IMG/VR virus record: IMGVR_UViG_3300045838_000006
Coordinates: 1 to 60,072 of that record
DNA length: 60,072 nt
Source: a virus
Taxonomy: Duplodnaviria > Caudoviricetes
Strand: one strand, 5' to 3'
Shown: positions 1-9,195 of the stretch, in pieces
Layout of the letters: every line of letters starts with the position of its first letter
Position numbering within the stretch: the first letter of the stretch is position 1
Notes under the pieces: model-generated
Database searches by the model: none
What the model was told of the DNA's origin: nothing
Seen by the model: the letters and a program-made list of their open reading frames with translations, nothing else
Translations under genes and position numbers: made by a program

Positions 1-127
1 CGGATACAGACACCCCTAGACGCGCTCAATCTGCCTCCCCGCACCTTGGAACAGGTGGCAGAGGAAATGCGCGCCTCCATACAGTTCTTCTCAGGACAAC
101 CCACCATCGTTCACACGCTACGCGAAA
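1..127. repeat. Terminal direct repeat, copy 1 (circular assembly overlap)
   Basis: 1-127 is identical to 59946-60072; 127 bp matches a common assembler k-mer; an ORF reads through the junction. Confidence 0.95.
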
Positions 128-169
128 TGCTCGCAGACCTGGAAGATGAAATCGAGGCGAGGGCGCGTC

Positions 170-841
170 ATGCCTGAGTTCTTTGATTGCGAACAAGGCA
201 GCCCCGAATGGTTCGCTATTCGCGCCGGCATTCCCACAGCCTCCGAATTCGCCACGGTGCTCGCGCAAGGTAAGGGCAGTAATCCAAGCGCCACGCGCAA
301 AACCTACATGCTCAAGCTCGCGGGCGAGATCCTGACCGGCGCTCCGATGGAGAACTATTCCAATATCCATATGGAGCGGGGCAAAACCCTAGAGCCCGAA
401 GCCCGCGACCTGTACGCACTCTATCATGAAATAGAGCCGGACAGAATAGGTTTCATCAAGAACGGCAACGCAGGATGTAGTCCTGACTCGCTGCTCAGCC
501 CGAACGGGTTACTGGAAATAAAGACAGCTTTACCGCATCTGCATTTGGATATACTATTAAAAGGCGAGTTTCCTCCGCAGCACAAAGCGCAGTGCCAGGG
601 CAATTTGTGGATCGCGGAGCGGGAATGGATTGACCTCGCCGTTTACTGGCCGGGACTGCCCTTATTCGTGAAACGTGCTTATCGAGATGAGCAATACATC
701 CGCGACCTCTCAAGGGCCGTGGATACGTTCAATGCCGAACTCGCAGACATCGTTGAAAAGGTCCGCGCCTGCGGACAACCGCAACCGACATTCCGGCAAC
801 AGCTTCAAGCGTCACTCGCCGAATTGGAGGCGCATCCATGA
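170..841 (+). CDS. YqaJ/lambda-exonuclease family recombination nuclease
   Basis: QGSPEWFAIRAGIPTASEF, RGKTLEPEAR, GCSPDSL, LLEIKT and QCQ motifs. Confidence 0.92.
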   Translation: MPEFFDCEQGSPEWFAIRAGIPTASEFATVLAQGKGSNPSATRKTYMLKLAGEILTGAPMENYSNIHMERGKTLEPEARDLYALYHEIEPDRIGFIKNGNAGCSPDSLLSPNGLLEIKTALPHLHLDILLKGEFPPQHKAQCQGNLWIAEREWIDLAVYWPGLPLFVKRAYRDEQYIRDLSRAVDTFNAELADIVEKVRACGQPQPTFRQQLQASLAELEAHP

Positions 842-1635
842 CCTACCCCTCAGAGATCGCCCAAGCGATCATCAAGGTAAAGAAGCAGATCAAGCAGCTC
901 GGCGTGAATGAAAAGAACACGCACGGCGGATATGCTTATGTCAGCGTCGATAAATTCTATGATCATATCGGCAAGTTGATGGCAGAAGCCGGGCTTGCGC
1001 TCTTGATCGACGAGACTAGCAGTGAGGTCAAAGAGGGCGGCAAGAGCGGCGCGCCCTGGCTGTTCGCTCAGTACGGTCTCCAGTTTGTCCATGAGAGCGG
1101 GGCCATAGCTGAGCCGCTGCACCGAACGTTGGCGATGCCGATCAGTGGACCGCAAACCTACGGGGCCGCCCAAAGCTACATTGAGAAGCAGTTTCTCCGG
1201 CAGGTCTTCAAGATACCTACTGGCGAAAAGGACGCTGACGATACGGCGCAAGATGATGCGCCACCCCCTCGGCACGCCGGCATGGTCCGCGCTGCCGATG
1301 TCCCGCCACGCCCGCATGTACGGGAAGCGTGGAGCGAGCCCTCTACGAGCGAGCCGCCCGGCCCGCGCCCTACCTCCACGGCACCTTCCCATACCCATAC
1401 CCGAAACGGTACTGGTAACGGTGATGCGACAATGTCGGTTCAGCAGAAAGCCGAAGCCTATCGCGACGCAATGAAAGCCAACTTCGGTAAATGCAAGTTG
1501 CCATCTGACGTGGACACCCTCATCGCCAACAACACGAAGGCCATAGAGGGCGTAAAGAAACTCGCGCCCGAGATTTACGCAGAGATTATGACAATGGCGA
1601 CGAACGCCAAGAACGAAATGTACACCAATGCCTGA
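838..1635 (+). CDS. ERF-family single-strand annealing protein
   Basis: KNTHGGYAY and QTYGAAQSYIEKQFLRQVFKIPTGEKDAD motifs; adjacent to the exonuclease. Confidence 0.88.
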   Translation: MTYPSEIAQAIIKVKKQIKQLGVNEKNTHGGYAYVSVDKFYDHIGKLMAEAGLALLIDETSSEVKEGGKSGAPWLFAQYGLQFVHESGAIAEPLHRTLAMPISGPQTYGAAQSYIEKQFLRQVFKIPTGEKDADDTAQDDAPPPRHAGMVRAADVPPRPHVREAWSEPSTSEPPGPRPTSTAPSHTHTRNGTGNGDATMSVQQKAEAYRDAMKANFGKCKLPSDVDTLIANNTKAIEGVKKLAPEIYAEIMTMATNAKNEMYTNA

Positions 1636-2134
1636 CGCTCCCGCTGCCATAGCCGCGACCTTTTCCGAGTGGAAGATGGTCAAGTCTCGGAAGGTGTTGC
1701 AGCTCGTCTTTGAACTGCCGCTGGAAAAGCAGGCAGAGGTTATCAATGCGCTCGGCGTACCGCTGCCGGATGCAGAAGCCTGGTGCGCCATAGCGCGGAT
1801 GAACATAGCTTCGCAGCCCGGTGCTGCGGAGCGGCCCGGCGAGGAAATGCAACCCAACAGAGCCGGGCCGTCCCTTTCCCGCCCTTGGCATACACTGCCT
1901 TTGCCGCAGCAAGCGGGGATATTGTGCGCTGACGAGCGGTTCAGAGAATGGGTGCGCGAGACATATAACGATCAGGTGATAGGCGAGAAAGATGCGGCAG
2001 ATTGGCTGCGCCGTTATGTCGGCATCGCCAGCCGATCGGATTTGTTTTTGGATGGCGCGCCAGGACTCAAATTCCGAAGGCTCGTCAATCAATACCGTGA
2101 GTCAGTCGGATTGGCTGCGGAGCGCCGGGGGTGA
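1628..2134 (+). CDS. Hypothetical phage protein
   Basis: Translationally coupled ORF in the early operon. Confidence 0.75.
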   Translation: MPDAPAAIAATFSEWKMVKSRKVLQLVFELPLEKQAEVINALGVPLPDAEAWCAIARMNIASQPGAAERPGEEMQPNRAGPSLSRPWHTLPLPQQAGILCADERFREWVRETYNDQVIGEKDAADWLRRYVGIASRSDLFLDGAPGLKFRRLVNQYRESVGLAAERRG

Positions 2135-2135
2135 C

Positions 2136-2489
2136 ATGTTGCCGCCTAAGAGAACCCGCCCCCGCAGCGGAATCCTCCGCGCCCCGCCGCGCGAGTTTCC
2201 CCGGCATCGGAAATTCGTGCGCTCGTTTGTCTGCGCCGTGCCCGGTTGCGGAAAGCCTGCGGTATGCGCTCACCTTCGGACCGCGGCAAACTCAGGCAGA
2301 GCTCTTAGGCCTGCCGATTGGTTCACCGTCCCATTGTGCAACGATCATCATGCCGAGCAAGAAGGACGCACCGGATCGTTCTGCAAAAAATACGGCGTGG
2401 ATCTGTGGGCGCTTGCCGCCGAGCTGGCGCGCAAGTCTCCCGACCTAAAGATGCGGGAAGCGATGCGTGCCACAGCGCACGTCGAATGA
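2136..2489 (+). CDS. DUF968-like putative HNH/zinc-binding nuclease
   Basis: CAVPGC...AHLR...DWFTVPLCNDHHAEQ. Confidence 0.75.
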   Translation: MLPPKRTRPRSGILRAPPREFPRHRKFVRSFVCAVPGCGKPAVCAHLRTAANSGRALRPADWFTVPLCNDHHAEQEGRTGSFCKKYGVDLWALAAELARKSPDLKMREAMRATAHVE

Positions 2490-2515
2490 ATTCTAGGTGA
2501 AGGGATTGCGCACCG

Positions 2516-3034
2516 ATGAATCCAGATACCAGCGTATCACCCGGCGATCGGGAGCCGACCTCCTCCGAGGCCAGCGCGCGGGGGGATGCCCTCAGTTTGT
2601 GGCGCGACCTGTGCGAGAAGGACGATCGCACGTCGCCGGAAGATTATCCCGACATGGCGCTCATTACCGAAGACGAATTTGTCTACGTCTTCAATGCTGG
2701 CGGTAAGGCGTGGCAGGAGCGCGCCGCCACAGCCGAGCGGGAGAGGGACGCTGCGGTTGCGACGTACGAGGATGAAGAGGCCGCGCATCAAGATACGTTA
2801 CGGCTGTGGAAAGAAGCGGCAAACGAGCGCGACCAGCTCCGCGCCCAACTCACCGAGGCGAAGAAGGTGGTGGCGCAGGCGCGTCGAGCGCGCGCGGTTA
2901 TCGGCTTCGATTTGCGCGACAAGATTGAGTGGGGGCCAAACTATAACCAAGCCGTAAAAGATATATACGATCGGTTAACAGCGACCCTCGCCGCCTACGA
3001 CGCCGCACACCCGGAGAATAGCGATGACCGATAG
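2516..3034 (+). CDS. Hypothetical coiled-coil protein
   Basis: ORF whose ATG lies at the end of a boundary repeat. Confidence 0.7.
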   Translation: MNPDTSVSPGDREPTSSEASARGDALSLWRDLCEKDDRTSPEDYPDMALITEDEFVYVFNAGGKAWQERAATAERERDAAVATYEDEEAAHQDTLRLWKEAANERDQLRAQLTEAKKVVAQARRARAVIGFDLRDKIEWGPNYNQAVKDIYDRLTATLAAYDAAHPENSDDR

Positions 3035-3275
3035 CTCAAAGCCGATGAAGCTGCGCCTGATCATCGCCGAGATGGACGATCTCGTAGCCTGCTCCGTGGT
3101 GATATTGGATGGCGACCAACAGCTTTACCGCTCCCGCTGGTATCAAGGCGAAGCCCCGGCGCTGCTGGCCTGTAAGGCGGCTCAGCGTTGGTTCAAACGG
3201 CACGTGTCGGGCGACGCCGCACACCCGGAGCTCCCCTCTCCCCCATCAGAAACCGACAATACGATAGAGACGTGA
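3024..3275 (+). CDS. Hypothetical protein
   Basis: Coupled ORF; lies mostly between 19-bp direct repeats. Confidence 0.6.
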   Translation: MTDSSKPMKLRLIIAEMDDLVACSVVILDGDQQLYRSRWYQGEAPALLACKAAQRWFKRHVSGDAAHPELPSPPSETDNTIET

Positions 3276-3325
3276 CATGATTCTTTTGTCGAAATTCCTG
3301 TTCGGTGTTTGAGGGAGGAGCCAAG

Positions 3326-3994
3326 ATGACAGAGCAACCGTCGGTGGCGACGCTGTATCCGGCCGATGACGAGGACTTTGTGGAAACGCCAATCACGGGC
3401 GTTAAGCCCAGCGGCAAAAGCTGGGCGATCCAACAGCAACGCGGCTGGTATCTCTATTGCGGCGACGATTGCCCGATAGAGCCAAAGGTCGGAATGATCG
3501 CGCGCCTGTATCCGAGAGATAACATCGGGCGACGCATTCGCGGCCTATTCATCGACGGGCAATGTTGTTGGTATCGCAGCGAGGCTGACGACAAAGACTA
3601 TCGCGAAATCCAGATGTACGGCAAAGATGCTGCGGATTGGTTGCGGCGCTGGGATGCGGGCGAAGGCGTGTGGTCAATCGAGATGGGCGGGCCCGGGCCG
3701 GGCTATGAACAGTGCATTCACATAACCTGCGCCGAAATTCTGCGCTGGTTTATCGACAACAACGTAGACGCGACGCTTTGGGACGAGAAGGACACAGCGC
3801 GCTCGATCTTCGATCGGATGGAGAAAGCGGTCTCTGAGGTTCCGGCCGTCAAGAAGCTCGGTCTATCGGGAGCGCAATGGGGCGCGGCACACAATCTCGC
3901 CTGTCAATTCTATCGGAGAGGACCGCGCGCCGTGATGCTGGATGAGCGGGTGAAGGAACGGCATATCCAGGTCTGCCGCGTGTTCCCCGGCTAA
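3326..3994 (+). CDS. Hypothetical protein (repeat-flanked cassette)
   Basis: GGAGGAG RBS and ATG lie inside the reverse repeat 3279-3349; forward repeat at 4001-4064. Confidence 0.8.
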   Translation: MTEQPSVATLYPADDEDFVETPITGVKPSGKSWAIQQQRGWYLYCGDDCPIEPKVGMIARLYPRDNIGRRIRGLFIDGQCCWYRSEADDKDYREIQMYGKDAADWLRRWDAGEGVWSIEMGGPGPGYEQCIHITCAEILRWFIDNNVDATLWDEKDTARSIFDRMEKAVSEVPAVKKLGLSGAQWGAAHNLACQFYRRGPRAVMLDERVKERHIQVCRVFPG

Positions 3995-4134
3995 CAACGT
4001 CGCCACCGCGCACGTCCTATGAACCTACGCGATGCGTCGACCGAAATGTCCTTCGAGTAAATAACAATGTTGGATCGTGACCCTCATCGGTACGGCTATG
4101 GCTGAGCCCTCCTTCCCGCAGCGCGAGAGCCGCC

Positions 4135-4317
4135 GTGGCTGAGCGGCGGCCCGTCTTTCGCCAACGTGACATTGATCGCGCCATAGCGGCAGCGAAGGCG
4201 GCGGGCCTGGAGGTTATTGGCGTCCGCGTAGACAAAGACGGGTTCGAGATTAAGACTGCGCCCCCAGGCCAATCACGACAGGCGGGGGCGAACGAATGGG
4301 ACGAGGACTACTCGTGA
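4135..4317 (+). CDS. Small integrase-associated protein (putative excisionase)
   Basis: FRQRDIDRAIAAAKAAGLEV...NEWD; overlaps the integrase start. Confidence 0.6.
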   Translation: MAERRPVFRQRDIDRAIAAAKAAGLEVIGVRVDKDGFEIKTAPPGQSRQAGANEWDEDYS

Positions 4318-5315
4318 GGCTGCCCTACGTCCATACTTTCCGCGACCGGCACGGCAAGGTGCGCCACTATTTCCGGCGGCCTGGTTACAAGCGGATCGCG
4401 CTGCCGGGCGCGCCGAGCTCCACGGAGTTCAAGGCCGCCTACGCAGCCGCGCTCTCGGGCCACAAACTCGAAATAGGGGAGGGGAGATCCCTGAGCGGCA
4501 CCGTGACCGCAGCGATAGCCGCCTATTACCAGGACGCCTCATTCCGCGCCTTAGCGCCAGCTACGCAGAAGATGCGCCGGGCGATCCTTGAACGTTGGCG
4601 CGAGCGCGACGGCGACAAGCGGCTGGCGACCCTGGAGCCAAAGCATATCGCGTTGATGCTCGGCAGGATGAAACCCTTTGCCGCGCGCAACTGGCTCAAG
4701 ACGCTACGCGGGCTGATGGAGTTCGCCGTGCGCACCCGGCTGCGGCGAGACGATCCCACGCGCGCCTTCAAGCCGGTCAAGGTCAGGCCCGGCACTTTTC
4801 ACACATGGACCGAAGATGAGATCGCGCAATATGAACGCCATCATGCGGTGGGGACACGCGCAAGGCTGGCAATGGCGCTCCTTCTTTACACGGCGGCGCG
4901 GCGAGGCGATATGGTTAGGCTCGGCCCGCAGCATGTCCGTGCCGGGCGGATTAGTTATCGTCAGCAGAAAACGGGACGGGCGCTGGCGATCCCGTTACAT
5001 CCCTCGCTCGCCGATGAACTCTCGCATCATCCGGCTGAACATCTCACGTTCCTGACCACGGCACGAGGCGCACCGTTCTCGGCGGCCGGCTTTGGCAATA
5101 TGTTCCGTCGCTGGTGCAATGAGGCTGGTCTGCCGCATTGCTCAGCGCACGGCTTGCGGAAAGCTCAGGCGCGCCGTCTCGCGGAGGCGGGTTGCTCCGC
5201 GCATGAAATTGCGTCGATTACCGGGCATAGGACGCTTGCGGAGGTTCAGCGGTATGCTGATGCCGCCGATCAAGCGAGGCTCGCCGAGCGGGCCATAGAC
5301 AAGACGAGGAAATGA
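4314..5315 (+). CDS. int: Tyrosine recombinase/integrase
   Basis: Catalytic R (TAARRGD), K (QQKTG), HGLRK, TGH and Y (QRYAD); N-terminal DRHGKVRHYFRR domain. Confidence 0.95.
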   Translation: MRLPYVHTFRDRHGKVRHYFRRPGYKRIALPGAPSSTEFKAAYAAALSGHKLEIGEGRSLSGTVTAAIAAYYQDASFRALAPATQKMRRAILERWRERDGDKRLATLEPKHIALMLGRMKPFAARNWLKTLRGLMEFAVRTRLRRDDPTRAFKPVKVRPGTFHTWTEDEIAQYERHHAVGTRARLAMALLLYTAARRGDMVRLGPQHVRAGRISYRQQKTGRALAIPLHPSLADELSHHPAEHLTFLTTARGAPFSAAGFGNMFRRWCNEAGLPHCSAHGLRKAQARRLAEAGCSAHEIASITGHRTLAEVQRYADAADQARLAERAIDKTRK

Positions 5316-5833
5316 TGGGCTACAGGTTCGTCCATAGCTTTACCGATCGACACGGGAAAGTTCGGCACTATTTTCGCCGTGCGGGCGTCCCTCGAATAGC
5401 ATTGCCGGCACCGAATTCGCCGGAGTTTCGCGCTGCCTATGATGCGGCCCTCGGCAAGCAGCGGCGCGATACCGGTCTAGCGCTTCCGCCTTTCCAGATC
5501 CGAGATAATCGCAAGAGGACAAAGCTCAGCATAGAGCGCCAACGCGCACGCGGTTCGACGGCTGGCGTTTACCTACTTTTGCAGGGAGATCGCATCGTCT
5601 ACGTCGGCTCGAGCGAGGATATGCCCACGCGCGTCGTTGCGCACCGCTCCAATGGACGCCAATTCGATCGCGCCTACTACATCAGCGTGCCCGGCGCTAA
5701 GGACCGCGCGCGTCTGGAGGCGATCTTAATCGCGACCCTAAGACCGGAACAGAACCGGGCCGGGATGCGAAACCTCTTAGGGCAAACCATAGCGTCGAGT
5801 TTGCCAAATGGAGCGCAAGCCATTGAGTTATAA
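5312..5833 (+). CDS. Integrase N-terminal domain fused to a GIY-YIG nuclease
   Basis: First ~48 aa are paralogous to the integrase N-terminus; then GVYLL..IVYVGSS..TRVVAH..LEAILIATLRPEQN. Confidence 0.8.
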   Translation: MMGYRFVHSFTDRHGKVRHYFRRAGVPRIALPAPNSPEFRAAYDAALGKQRRDTGLALPPFQIRDNRKRTKLSIERQRARGSTAGVYLLLQGDRIVYVGSSEDMPTRVVAHRSNGRQFDRAYYISVPGAKDRARLEAILIATLRPEQNRAGMRNLLGQTIASSLPNGAQAIEL

Positions 5834-5850
5834 CGGGGCCAAAATGGGGA

Positions 5851-5863
5851 TGGCGACCCCGGC
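5851..5863 (-). other. Candidate attP core (tRNA 3'-end-like)
   Basis: Reverse strand GCCGGGGTCGCCA ends in CCA and resembles (from recall) an alphaproteobacterial tRNA-Arg 3' end; just downstream of the int operon. Confidence 0.5.
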
Positions 5864-6049
5864 CGTTCTGACATCAACCGGGAGAGTCAGCGCCCTACGA
5901 AAGCAACCCGGCATCTGCGCGCCAAAGGCTTGCGGTTCGGGCTGGCAAACCCCTTCCTCTTATCGCCTCCCGGCACCCAAAGTTTTTAGGGCAAAGGATC
6001 GGCGTTCGACGCGGTGCGTGCGCCCATGCGCCGGGGCTGTGGCGCGGTG

Positions 6050-7384
6050 ATGCGCGGCGGCACCTTGTTCAGCGGCATCGGCGCGCCGGAGTGCGCGGCC
6101 CCCTTCATTGATTGGCGCTGGGCTGCCGAGATCGATCCGTTCGCGAGCGCCGTCCACGCGCATCGCTTCCCCGACACCGTGAACCTTGGCGATGTGACAG
6201 AGATTGATCCCGATGCAATTGAGCCTGTGGACCTCATCGTGTTCGGATCGCCCTGCCAATCGTTCAGCGTCGCCGGAAAGCGGCTCGGACTGGATGACCC
6301 GCGCGGCAACCTGGCCCTCGTCGCCCTTGCGCTTATTGGACGCCTTCGGCCCCGTTGGGTGGTTTTCGAGAACGTGCCCGGCCTCCTGTCATCGGACGAA
6401 GGACGGGACTTTGGCATCTTCCTCGGGCTCCTGGGGCAATGCGGGTATGGGTTCGCCTACCGAATTCTTGACGCTCAGCATTTCGGAGTTCCCCAGCGGC
6501 GGCGCCGCGTCTTCGTTGTCGGATATCTTGGAGACTGGCGACCTGCCGCAGCGGTACTTTTTGAGCCCGAAAGCCTGCGCGGGGATCCTCCGCCGCGCCG
6601 AGAAGCGGGGGAGAGAGTTGCCGCCAGCCTTACGCACGGCGTTGATGGCGGCGGCAAGGGCGGATACGCAGGACGCAGGCGCGAGGACGATGTAAACCTA
6701 ATCGCCCCAACGCTGCCCGCTCGCAAGACGGCGGCGGGCGGCGGTATGGGAACCGACTTTGACTGCGACGGCGGGCTGATCGCCAAGAGCATTCGGGGTC
6801 GCGCACAACCCTCGCACCGCGAGGACAGCGACACATACATCGCCGTCTTCGGCGGCAACCGCCAGTCGGGCGAGATTGAAGTCGCCACGGCGGTCAACGC
6901 GCATGGCGGGCCGCATGGCCGGCTCGATTTCGAGAGCGAGACCTTTGTCGCACACGCGCTCGATGCGTACAGCGCGGGGCGGGCAACGGAAGACGGCACC
7001 GGGAGAGGGACGCCGCTCGTCGCACACGCGCACATGGGTTCGCGTCGCCAAAATGGCGTCGCTATTGGCCCCGTGTGCCCTGGTGGAGACACGTCGAAAA
7101 GCTACTGGAAAGAGATAGAAGTAGCGCGCACCCTCGCCGTTGAAAATCTGCCCTATCAAGGCACCCGCGTCGCATATCCCAATATGAGCGTCCGCAGGCT
7201 CACGCCCCGCGAATGCGAACGCTTGCAGGGCTTCCCCGATAATTGGACGGCCGTAACCTACCGGGGCAAGGCCGCCGCCGATGGACCGCGCTACCGCGCC
7301 CTGGGGAACAGCATGGCGGTCCCGGTCGTGCGATGGATACTGGAGCGCATCGTTGAATTTGCGCGACAGAGAGAAGCCGCATGA
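6050..7384 (+). CDS. C5-cytosine DNA methyltransferase
   Basis: LFSGIG (I), GSPCQSFS (IV), ENVPG (VI), QRRRRVF (VIII), RRLTPRECERLQGFP (IX), ALGNSM (X). Confidence 0.95.
   Translation: MRGGTLFSGIGAPECAAPFIDWRWAAEIDPFASAVHAHRFPDTVNLGDVTEIDPDAIEPVDLIVFGSPCQSFSVAGKRLGLDDPRGNLALVALALIGRLRPRWVVFENVPGLLSSDEGRDFGIFLGLLGQCGYGFAYRILDAQHFGVPQRRRRVFVVGYLGDWRPAAAVLFEPESLRGDPPPRREAGERVAASLTHGVDGGGKGGYAGRRREDDVNLIAPTLPARKTAAGGGMGTDFDCDGGLIAKSIRGRAQPSHREDSDTYIAVFGGNRQSGEIEVATAVNAHGGPHGRLDFESETFVAHALDAYSAGRATEDGTGRGTPLVAHAHMGSRRQNGVAIGPVCPGGDTSKSYWKEIEVARTLAVENLPYQGTRVAYPNMSVRRLTPRECERLQGFPDNWTAVTYRGKAAADGPRYRALGNSMAVPVVRWILERIVEFARQREAA
6213..6695 (+). CDS. Nested out-of-frame ORF resembling the M.EcoHK31I beta polypeptide
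   Basis: SSGSWGNAG..ISEFPS..SSLSDILET..RYFLSPKACAGILRRAEKRGRELPPAL in the +1 frame. Confidence 0.6.
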   Translation: MQLSLWTSSCSDRPANRSASPESGSDWMTRAATWPSSPLRLLDAFGPVGWFSRTCPASCHRTKDGTLASSSGSWGNAGMGSPTEFLTLSISEFPSGGAASSLSDILETGDLPQRYFLSPKACAGILRRAEKRGRELPPALRTALMAAARADTQDAGARTM

Positions 7385-7466
7385 CCCCGGCAGGACGGGC
7401 ATGCTGACCCCCAACCATGATTTTATTGTCGAAGCACCGCATCGGTGCGCAATCGGAGGAGTTCTA

Positions 7467-7766
7467 ATGGCCGACGACGTGCGCGGTGGCGAGGCCGCTC
7501 CCCTGAGACATTACGCGCGAGGTCGATTTGACGGCAGTATCGAAATCGTTGATCGCCAGTTCGATTTTGTCCGGGCGATACTTCCCTATGATTACAGGTT
7601 CACATGCAGCGCCGACCAACACGCCCATGCCGAACGTATTTGTCAGGCGTTAGAAGGGCCTATGGCCTCGCGTGGCGTCGTTCGAATCGCCACAGCTACG
7701 GGGCCTGACAATCTTGGCTCCTCAGAGGGCGCACCGATGCCGTCTTTCGAGAAAAAACCCGCATGA
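7467..7766 (+). CDS. Hypothetical protein (repeat-flanked cassette)
   Basis: GGAGGAG and ATG inside repeat 7419-7491; C-terminus encoded by repeat 7688-7757. Confidence 0.7.
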   Translation: MADDVRGGEAAPLRHYARGRFDGSIEIVDRQFDFVRAILPYDYRFTCSADQHAHAERICQALEGPMASRGVVRIATATGPDNLGSSEGAPMPSFEKKPA

Positions 7767-7794
7767 GCATCGGCTCAACCAACCCGGAGTTCAC

Positions 7795-8226
7795 ATGACG
7801 ATCGGTGGCGACGTTTGGAAGTGCTTTCACTGCGGAGAGACATTCACCGACACCGAGAGCGCGAGGTTGCATTTCGGCGACAACTGTCTGAGCGATCCCG
7901 CTTGCCAGATCGACATCAAGCAAGTGCGCGAAATGGAGCAGCTACACGCTCGCCATCTTGCGGAGGACAGCGACACAGACCGCGCTATGTATCGGATGCA
8001 GGCAGAGCACGCCGTTGCTCTGCGGTGCGAGGAAGAGATCGGCTATGCGCGTGGCCTACACGACGGCAAACGATACTGGATCGAGCAGTTCGTCACGCAA
8101 ATCCTTCACGGCGACGAGACGCATCGGCAATGGTTGCGGGACAAGGGCGAGGAATTCGTTGTCGCCACCGACGGGTCGGCTGACAATCCAGGGACAGAAG
8201 ACTTTGGGGATAAGGATCGGTGTTAG
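7795..8226 (+). CDS. Hypothetical zinc-finger protein (repeat-flanked cassette)
   Basis: WKCFHCGETF...ARLHFG. Confidence 0.75.
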   Translation: MTIGGDVWKCFHCGETFTDTESARLHFGDNCLSDPACQIDIKQVREMEQLHARHLAEDSDTDRAMYRMQAEHAVALRCEEEIGYARGLHDGKRYWIEQFVTQILHGDETHRQWLRDKGEEFVVATDGSADNPGTEDFGDKDRC

Positions 8227-9008
8227 ACAACGAACCAAGATCGTCTCGCAACCCGGCTGTGGCACGGCCGAACCGCTCGTCCGAAGAGATGCGGATGCGA
8301 GAGATTGTCGCCGCGCGGCTCCGCTCTTTCTGGCCCACGGCGCGGATCATCCATGAACTGCCGGTCAGATATTCGACCAACCGGCTCGATATGGCGGCGA
8401 TCACGGAAACTGAATTGATCGGGGTCGAGATCAAATCGTCACGCGACGTGCTGGGCCGTCTAGAGGCGCAGATACGCGCTTTTATGCCTGTCACGCATCG
8501 GCTCTGGGTCTGTCTCGCCCCGGAGCACAACGCGAAACTGCCTGATATTGTCGAGGAGCGCGAGCGCTCGATTCATTACCGCCGACAATTCACTCCGGCG
8601 CAAGAGATCATCGAGCGTGTCGCGGATCGCTGGGTCGAGGTTTGGACCGTCGATGCTGACGCGGGTGAATCGTTCGGCACGCGCGGCGGGTATCTGAGCC
8701 AATGGGATCATCGCATCCCCTGGGGCGCAGCGATGCTCGATATGCTCTGGAATAGCGAATTGGCCGCGATGGGAGGTTCAAATTCTCGACACGACCATCA
8801 AGTGCGCCGCCTCGCTGATGCGATGACCGGCTGCGAGATTGTGCGCGGTGTATGCGCGGCGCTTCGTGCCAGGGACGCATTCGCGGCGGAATCCGACCCG
8901 CCGATCCGAGGCGATGTTTTCGCCACCGCACAAGGCGTGTGTCGCCTAGGTACATCGCCGAACACCGAGTCGATCTTCGAGAATAAAACGACCTCTGACC
9001 CCGGTTGA
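8220..9008 (+). CDS. PD-(D/E)XK nuclease-fold protein, sce7726-like
   Basis: IIHELPV..RLDMAAI..GVEIKSSRDVLGRLEAQI. Confidence 0.7.
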   Translation: MLDNEPRSSRNPAVARPNRSSEEMRMREIVAARLRSFWPTARIIHELPVRYSTNRLDMAAITETELIGVEIKSSRDVLGRLEAQIRAFMPVTHRLWVCLAPEHNAKLPDIVEERERSIHYRRQFTPAQEIIERVADRWVEVWTVDADAGESFGTRGGYLSQWDHRIPWGAAMLDMLWNSELAAMGGSNSRHDHQVRRLADAMTGCEIVRGVCAALRARDAFAAESDPPIRGDVFATAQGVCRLGTSPNTESIFENKTTSDPG

Positions 9009-9012
9009 GCGC

Positions 9013-9192
9013 ATGACCCAGGATACCGACCAACCCGCTGTGGACGTAACGCACCCCGATTATTGCCGTCATTGGGAGCCGGCAGGCTGCAAACTCGGCT
9101 TAGCTTGTGCGTGCTCATGGTTCGGCACGAAGAAACCGTGGAGAGCGCGCATCACCCCCGCTACGGGGCGCGATAATCTGGACCGGAGATGA
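9013..9192 (+). CDS. Small Cys-rich hypothetical protein
   Basis: MTQDTDQPAVDVTHPDYCRHW..CKLGLACAC; ATG inside repeat 9001-9044. Confidence 0.5.
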   Translation: MTQDTDQPAVDVTHPDYCRHWEPAGCKLGLACACSWFGTKKPWRARITPATGRDNLDRR

Positions 9193-9195
9193 GGG

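Noticed and set aside
1-127. Physical terminal repeat of the virion DNA
   Set aside because: The 127-bp length matches an assembler k-mer and the repeat falls mid-ORF, so a circularisation overlap is more likely.
850-1857. 335-aa minus-strand ORF and similar long antisense ORFs
   Set aside because: These are shadows of well-supported genes in GC-rich DNA.
4086-4139. Additional reverse repeat copy before the xis-like gene
   Set aside because: The box spacing is 42 bp and the interior is dissimilar, so it is too weak to count; the same applies to a degenerate candidate near 54861-54907.
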